Assembly: GCA_023129575.1 (NCBI GenBank)
Contig: JAGMBS010000005.1
Coordinates: forward strand, 1 to 51,395
DNA length: 51,395 bases
Source: Minisyncoccota bacterium
GTDB taxonomy: Bacteria > Patescibacteriota > Minisyncoccia > Phycocordibacterales > UBA12079
Direction of reading: 5' to 3'
The position numbers and the translations under genes were made by a program. The notes below the pieces were generated by a model. It was given only the letters and a program-made list of their open reading frames with translations. It was not told the DNA's origin and did no database searches. Positions 46,716 to 51,395 of the stretch are shown here, one piece after another. Positions within the stretch are counted from its first letter, which is position 1. Each line of letters begins with the position of its first letter.

Positions 46716-46916
46716 TTAAAAACATCCCAGCGACATGGATATATTGTCGTATGCCTCCTGACGAAAATTACATTCTGTACAACCAAAAACGACTACCGAA
46801 GCGAAAGCTCCACCAGAGAGAAATTTTAATTTCCCAGGAACCTTCTTTTTTTCATGAACGCACTTTGGACATTTCATTCCTTCTCTCAGATTGCCATCGT
46901 GTTGAAATTCAGATAT
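46716..46916 (-). CDS. Small zinc-ribbon protein (CPKC...CTEC); start is ATA 46916 or ATG 46877
   Basis: Manual translation ...MKCPKCVHEKKKVPGKLKF...GCTECNFRQEAY...; SD AAGGAGGTG; downstream hairpins 46645-46711. Confidence 0.55.
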   Translation of the reverse strand: MSEFQHDGNLREGMKCPKCVHEKKKVPGKLKFLSGGAFASVVVFGCTECNFRQEAYDNISMSLGCF

Positions 46917-47020
46917 TATTTCACCTCCTTCTTAATCTTGTAAAAAATTATTATTTTTTATGAACTGCCTGCGTACAATAATACATTATGAAAAGAAAAT
47001 AGTCAAATTTTTTGCAAGAG

Positions 47021-47099
47021 GAGGTCCGACCTCTTAATTACCACAAACTTAGCCTTTAGCCACTATTGTTTTGTTTTACTGCGATTGAGGTCGGACCTC
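47021..47099. repeat. Inverted pair of GAGGTC(C/G)GACCTC REP-like sites
   Basis: 47021-47033 and 47087-47099. Confidence 0.75.
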
Positions 47100-47125
47100 T
47101 TTTTGCGTTATTACTGAAATCAAAA

Positions 47126-47533
47126 TTATTCCTCCTTAATTTTTTTAGCGATAATTTCCGCTTCGCCCTCCGTGTATTTTCCGCCAGGCCAATGCCTTAA
47201 GCCGTCGTTAGCAAAGCGGGGAATGATATGAATATGAGTGTGAAAAATAATTTGCCCCGCGGCGGGTTCGTTATTGATTATGATATTGATGCCGTCGGCG
47301 TTCAGCGCCGTTTTTATTTTCTCGGATAGTTTTTTAACAATCGGCATCATCTCTTTAAATGTTTCATCATCAATTTCCAAAATATTTCGCGAATGTTTTT
47401 TAGGAATAATTAAGGTATGTCCCTGATTGACCGGGTTGACATCCAAAAAAGCGAGAAAATTTTTATCTTCATAAACTTTATTTGCCGGAATTTCCCCCGC
47501 CACGATTTTGCAAAATAAACAATCGTTTTTCAT
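47126..47533 (-). CDS. HIT family hydrolase
   Basis: CLFCKI, GHTLIIPK, GQIIFHTHIHIIPR. Confidence 0.95.
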   Translation of the reverse strand: MKNDCLFCKIVAGEIPANKVYEDKNFLAFLDVNPVNQGHTLIIPKKHSRNILEIDDETFKEMMPIVKKLSEKIKTALNADGINIIINNEPAAGQIIFHTHIHIIPRFANDGLRHWPGGKYTEGEAEIIAKKIKEE

Positions 47534-47799
47534 TATTTATTATAGATATTATGATTATCGACAAAGTGAAAATAAAAAGTTTCTTTTTCCTTTTTCGATA
47601 TTTCAAAAATTATTCTGTATTTGTAATTGATTGAAAAAGAATAAAACTTTTTAAATTCACCGTGAAGTTTATGGGTTTTAAGTTGAGAATCAAAAGGGTT
47701 TCCCCTAAAAATTACTTCTTTTTCCTCAGCTAATTTTTGAATTCTAAGAGGAAGTTTTTTCCATTTTTTCAAAAAAGTTGGAGTGTAAAATATTCGCAT
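47533..47799 (-). CDS. RelE/YafQ-superfamily toxin
   Basis: NPFDSQLKTHKLHG...YSFSINYKYRIIF. Confidence 0.85.
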   Translation of the reverse strand: MRIFYTPTFLKKWKKLPLRIQKLAEEKEVIFRGNPFDSQLKTHKLHGEFKKFYSFSINYKYRIIFEISKKEKETFYFHFVDNHNIYNK

Positions 47800-47801
47800 A
47801 A

Positions 47802-48017
47802 TTATCTAAGATCTTTAAGTGATTTTAAAATAATACCTTTTCCTTCTTCCATCTCTTTTTGACTTTTGTCCAATTCTTGCAAAAGTAATTGTTCCTCCCA
47901 AAAACGAAACACCGAGCGAATAAATTCGCTTTTACTGGCAAAAGAACCTCGCTTGGTTTCTTGTTCTATTTTTTTAGCCATTGATTTTGGCATTGATATA
48001 TTTAAAACAGTTCGCAT
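47802..48017 (-). CDS. Ribbon-helix-helix antitoxin
   Basis: VLNISMP....IE......FASKSEFIR; upstream of the toxin. Confidence 0.85.
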   Translation of the reverse strand: MRTVLNISMPKSMAKKIEQETKRGSFASKSEFIRSVFRFWEEQLLLQELDKSQKEMEEGKGIILKSLKDLR

Positions 48018-48135
48018 AATATTTTTTTAATTAAGAGTTTTAAATTAATAAATAATACTTTGTATTACACCCATTATAACAAGATTGGTTTTGGTGTCAA
48101 GGACGATGAGGACAGATTTATGTTAAAATAATGAA

Positions 48136-49839
48136 ATGGAAAAGAAAATAATTTTTGGCGAAGAGCTGCCGAACGAAATTAAAAAAGAATTTCAGCCCTA
48201 TCCGGAATTATTGGGAGAGCTCCTTTTTTACAGGGAGATTAAGACGCGCGCCGAGGCGGACAGATTTTTAAACCCCGACTACGATAAAGAAACCCATAAC
48301 CCTTTTTTAATTAAGGGAATGGAGAAAGCGGTTAAAAGAATTTTAACGGCGATTGAAAAAAATCAAAAAATAATTATTTACAGCGATTATGACGCGGACG
48401 GCATTCCGGGAGCGGTAATTTTGAGCGATTTTTTTAAAAAAATCGGTTTTTTAAATTTTCAGAATTATATTCCCAATCGTTTGAAAGAAGGTTATGGACT
48501 AAATCTGCCGGCGATTGAAAAATTTGCGGGCGAACAGGCGGATATTTTAATTACGGTTGATTGCGGAATTGCGGATGTTGAGGAAACGAAATTGGCGGCT
48601 CAAAACGGAATTGATGTGATTATTACAGACCATCATTTGGTTAATGGCGAACTTCCGCCGGCTTTTGCAATTTTGAATTCCAAGCAAGAAGACGATAATT
48701 ATCCGGATGATATGTTGTGCGGGGCGGGAGTGGTTTATAAATTAATTCAGGCCTTAATTCAAAAAGGCGATTTTGATTTAGCGCAGGGTTGGGAAAAATG
48801 GCTATTGGATCTGGTGGGGCTGGCGACTGTGGCGGATATGGTTCCTTTGAAAAACGAAAACAGAATCTTTGCAAAATATGGTTTATTGGTAATGAGAAAA
48901 TCACCCCGTTTGGGCTTAATGAAAATGCTTCGCAAAATGGGAACGAACCAAAAAAAATTGGCGGAGGATGATATTGGTTTTATGATTGCTCCTCGTATTA
49001 ACGCGGCGTCGCGAGTGGGCGACCCGATGACCGCTTTTGATTTGCTTGCGGCGAGGGACGAAATGGAAGCGGACGGACTGGCTTGTCAATTGAACAAATT
49101 AAATAATCAAAGAAAAACTTTAGTGGCAACAGCCGTGAGAAGAGCGAAGAAAAAAATTAAAGAGAGAGAGACAAAGGAGGTAATAATTACCGGTGACTCG
49201 GATTGGAATATAGGCATTTCCGGTTTGATTGCGTCTTCTTTGCAGAATGAATATCAAAAACCTTGTTTTGTGTGGGGGACTGACGAGAACGATAATTATT
49301 GCGGTTCGTGTCGTTCCGATAACACAGATTTGATGGAGTTAATGGGCTTGGTTGAAGAGGGTTTTTTTTCGCATTGGGGGGGACATAAAAACGCGGGCGG
49401 TTTTGGAATTGTGTCCGAGCACATTCATTTTTTTGAAGAGAAAATTTTGGAGGCCTTTGAAAAAATTGAGGACAAAGAAACGGACGAGAAAATTTTTGTT
49501 GATAAAAAATTGCTTTTGGACGATGTGAATTGGGAGAATTATAAATTAATTGAGAAATTGGCGCCTTTTGGAATGGGGAACGCCAAACCCTTGTTTTTGT
49601 TTGAAAATGTGGAGCCAAAAGGCGCGCGAATTTTCGGCAAAACAAAAAATCATTTGGAATTGACATTTCAAAATTCTCGCGGGGGAAAAATAAAAGCGAT
49701 TGATTTTTTTAGCGATTATATTAAAGATGGTGAACCAAATTTGAAAGCGAGACAAAAAATAAATCTTCTGGCGAATTTTGACAAAAATTCGTTTAACGGA
49801 GCGAATGAATTGAGGTTAAGGGTTTTTGGGATTTTGTAA
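48136..49839 (+). CDS. recJ: Single-stranded DNA exonuclease RecJ
   Basis: DYDADG, TVDCG, TDHH, TVADMVPL, PRINAASR, GGHKNAGG, APFGMGN. Confidence 0.97.
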   Translation: MEKKIIFGEELPNEIKKEFQPYPELLGELLFYREIKTRAEADRFLNPDYDKETHNPFLIKGMEKAVKRILTAIEKNQKIIIYSDYDADGIPGAVILSDFFKKIGFLNFQNYIPNRLKEGYGLNLPAIEKFAGEQADILITVDCGIADVEETKLAAQNGIDVIITDHHLVNGELPPAFAILNSKQEDDNYPDDMLCGAGVVYKLIQALIQKGDFDLAQGWEKWLLDLVGLATVADMVPLKNENRIFAKYGLLVMRKSPRLGLMKMLRKMGTNQKKLAEDDIGFMIAPRINAASRVGDPMTAFDLLAARDEMEADGLACQLNKLNNQRKTLVATAVRRAKKKIKERETKEVIITGDSDWNIGISGLIASSLQNEYQKPCFVWGTDENDNYCGSCRSDNTDLMELMGLVEEGFFSHWGGHKNAGGFGIVSEHIHFFEEKILEAFEKIEDKETDEKIFVDKKLLLDDVNWENYKLIEKLAPFGMGNAKPLFLFENVEPKGARIFGKTKNHLELTFQNSRGGKIKAIDFFSDYIKDGEPNLKARQKINLLANFDKNSFNGANELRLRVFGIL

Positions 49840-49890
49840 AATTTTGATAAAAGTTTGACAAAAGATATAAAAAAGATATACTTTTGGTAT

Positions 49891-50175
49891 ATGGATACAC
49901 AAATTGCTTTTAAGATAAATAAAGATATGAAAGATTTGGCGATGCAAAAAGCAAATGCCGAGGGTATTACTTTGAGTGTTTTTTTGAAATTAGCGGTTAG
50001 ATCTTTCGTGGATGGACAACTTGGTTTGGGGGTTTTGAATAATTCGGAAGTTTTCAATAAAAAAACTCAAAAAGAATTGATGGAAATAGATAAAGATATT
50101 AAAGTGAGCAGAAATTTATCACCCTCTTTTAGCAATGTTAAAGATGCAGTCAATTATTTAAAAAATGCAAGTTAA
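49891..50175 (+). CDS. RelB/DinJ-like antitoxin
   Basis: MDTQIAFKINK.MK..A...A...GITLS; promoter TTGACA 49855 / TATACT 49877 with an aaaagatata tandem operator-like repeat. Confidence 0.8.
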   Translation: MDTQIAFKINKDMKDLAMQKANAEGITLSVFLKLAVRSFVDGQLGLGVLNNSEVFNKKTQKELMEIDKDIKVSRNLSPSFSNVKDAVNYLKNAS

Positions 50176-50422
50176 ATTTCACAAAAAGTTTGTTAAAAAA
50201 CTTAATAAATTATCACCTAAAATTCAGAACATTTTTTATATAAAATTAGAAATGTTTTTGAAAAATAAATTTGATAATAGTTTGAATAATCATAAATTAA
50301 AAGGAGCATATAAACACAGAAGAAGCATTGATATTCTGGGTGATTTGAGAGCAATTTTTGAAGAAAGAGATAATAAAATAATTTTTGTGTTAATGGGAAC
50401 TCATAGTGAGTTGTATAAATAG
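50165..50422 (+). CDS. YafQ/RelE family toxin
   Basis: LNNHKLKG...RSIDILGDLRAIF...MGTHSELY. Confidence 0.9.
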   Translation: MQVKFHKKFVKKLNKLSPKIQNIFYIKLEMFLKNKFDNSLNNHKLKGAYKHRRSIDILGDLRAIFEERDNKIIFVLMGTHSELYK

Positions 50423-50519
50423 AGATAAAAAAGAAGAAAAAGTTTTATACTGGATACACAAAAAATATGAAATTCATTTTTTATTCCAATATTTCTGTAT
50501 TTTTGATATAATTTAGCGT

Positions 50520-51395
50520 ATGAATTCAACAATTATTGTCCTGATAGCATATCTTGTTTTGACTTTTGGTATTGCATGGTTTTTTTCTCGCAAAGAATCT
50601 TTAGAAGGGTATTTTTTGAACAAGAAAAAAACCGGTTTATGGTTTTTAACTATTTCAAATATTGCGACTTTGATTGGAGCGGGCGCGACGGTCGCGATTG
50701 TTGCGGAAGTTTATAATTCGGGTATTTCGTTCGGAATCGCTCTCCTAACTTCTTTTGTGTTTGGAGTGATTCTTTTTTGGTTTTTGGCGGGGAAAATAAA
50801 AGAGGCAAACGCAAAATATGGTATTTACACAATGGTTGATTATTTCGGCGCAAGATATGATAAGAAAAATTATATTCTCGTTGGCATATCCCAAATTCTT
50901 TTTTTGATTTTTTTGATAGGTATTCAAGCGGTGGCGATGGCTTCTTTGGCGTCTGTTTTGCTTGGTATCAATTACAATATCGCGCTGGCGGTAGTTTCCG
51001 CGGTTGCGATTTTATACACAGTAATAGGCGGACTGAAGATAGATATTATTACCGACTTTATCCAATTTTGGATAATTTTTATTGTCTTTATTGTCGCGTC
51101 CATTTTCGGTTATTTTAGTGTCGGAGGATTTTCTAATCTTTTGACGCAATTACCCGTGGGACATCTAAATCCTTTTGCTTTTGGCGGAATATCTTGGACA
51201 ATCGGAGCGATTGTTTTAGGCGGTTTTCTATTTTTACCGGGGTCTCACGATTGGCAACGAATTATTTCCGCGCGAGACAAAATTACGGCTCGCAAATCAT
51301 TTATTTATTCAATCCCGTTTTTAATAATTTTCATGCCTTTAGTGATTTTCTTAGGATTGGTGGCTTCTGTAATACTTGTAGATATACCAAAAGAC
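50520..51395 (+). CDS. Sodium:solute symporter family protein, truncated by the window end
   Basis: Manual translation MNSTIIVLIAYL...EGYFL...ATLIGAG...YTVIGGLKIDIITDFIQF...WQRIISAR. Confidence 0.9.
   Translation, partial: MNSTIIVLIAYLVLTFGIAWFFSRKESLEGYFLNKKKTGLWFLTISNIATLIGAGATVAIVAEVYNSGISFGIALLTSFVFGVILFWFLAGKIKEANAKYGIYTMVDYFGARYDKKNYILVGISQILFLIFLIGIQAVAMASLASVLLGINYNIALAVVSAVAILYTVIGGLKIDIITDFIQFWIIFIVFIVASIFGYFSVGGFSNLLTQLPVGHLNPFAFGGISWTIGAIVLGGFLFLPGSHDWQRIISARDKITARKSFIYSIPFLIIFMPLVIFLGLVASVILVDIPKD

Noticed and set aside
46679-46963. Plus-strand 94-aa ORF
   Set aside because: No RBS or motif; the opposite strand has the promoter, SD, CxxC pairs and terminator.
50650-50927. Minus-strand ORFs near the window end, and the many other short ORFs antisense to core genes
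   Set aside because: They are shadows of well-supported genes such as the symporter, pnp, rny, nusA and tig.
1-51395. DGR reverse transcriptase, Avd or template repeat within the window
   Set aside because: No ORF with RT motifs and no AAC-rich copy of 6689-6862 was seen by eye.
1-51395. Alternative genetic code (UGA=Gly, as in Gracilibacteria/Absconditabacteria)
   Set aside because: Core genes are full length under code 11, and TGA serves as a normal stop (e.g. 6872-6874, 9895-9897).

Overview
This is a low-GC bacterial chromosome segment whose gene content and style point to Patescibacteria/CPR (Parcubacteria-like); that assignment is inferred, not measured. The housekeeping backbone is rsmA, pcrA, a LysM-M23 peptidase, comM/yifB, dksA-like, pnp, NYN, rpsO, xerC/D-like, cca, yraN, mscS, hup, rny, murI, clpP, tig, ppa, nusA, tpiA, pgk, HIT, recJ and a Na+/solute symporter, plus four tRNAs (Arg-UCG, Gly-UCC, Pro-UGG, Gly-GCC). 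Accessory genes include five type II TA pairs, RhuM-Fic and an HNH-DGQH nuclease. The non-obvious structure is: (1) a probable origin/centromere domain at about 15.4-19.8 kb, with parS-like 16-mers written in-frame into cca and yraN, a DnaA-box cluster, and two flanking clusters of an unexplained TGTCYTTTATA motif; (2) an orphan DGR-type target gene (CLec fold with a variable-repeat codon signature) with no RT or TR in the window; (3) a type IV pilus-associated locus with two constant-N/variable-C adhesin paralogues, repeat-bounded cassettes, a deleted RAYT transposase with REP-like sites, and a PilB with degenerate catalytic motifs; (4) several families of small palindromic elements, some inserted in-frame, and even nested, in rsmA, nusA and pilB; (5) a tRNA-Arg-anchored mini-element; and (6) apparently leaderless core genes alongside SD-led solo accessory genes.
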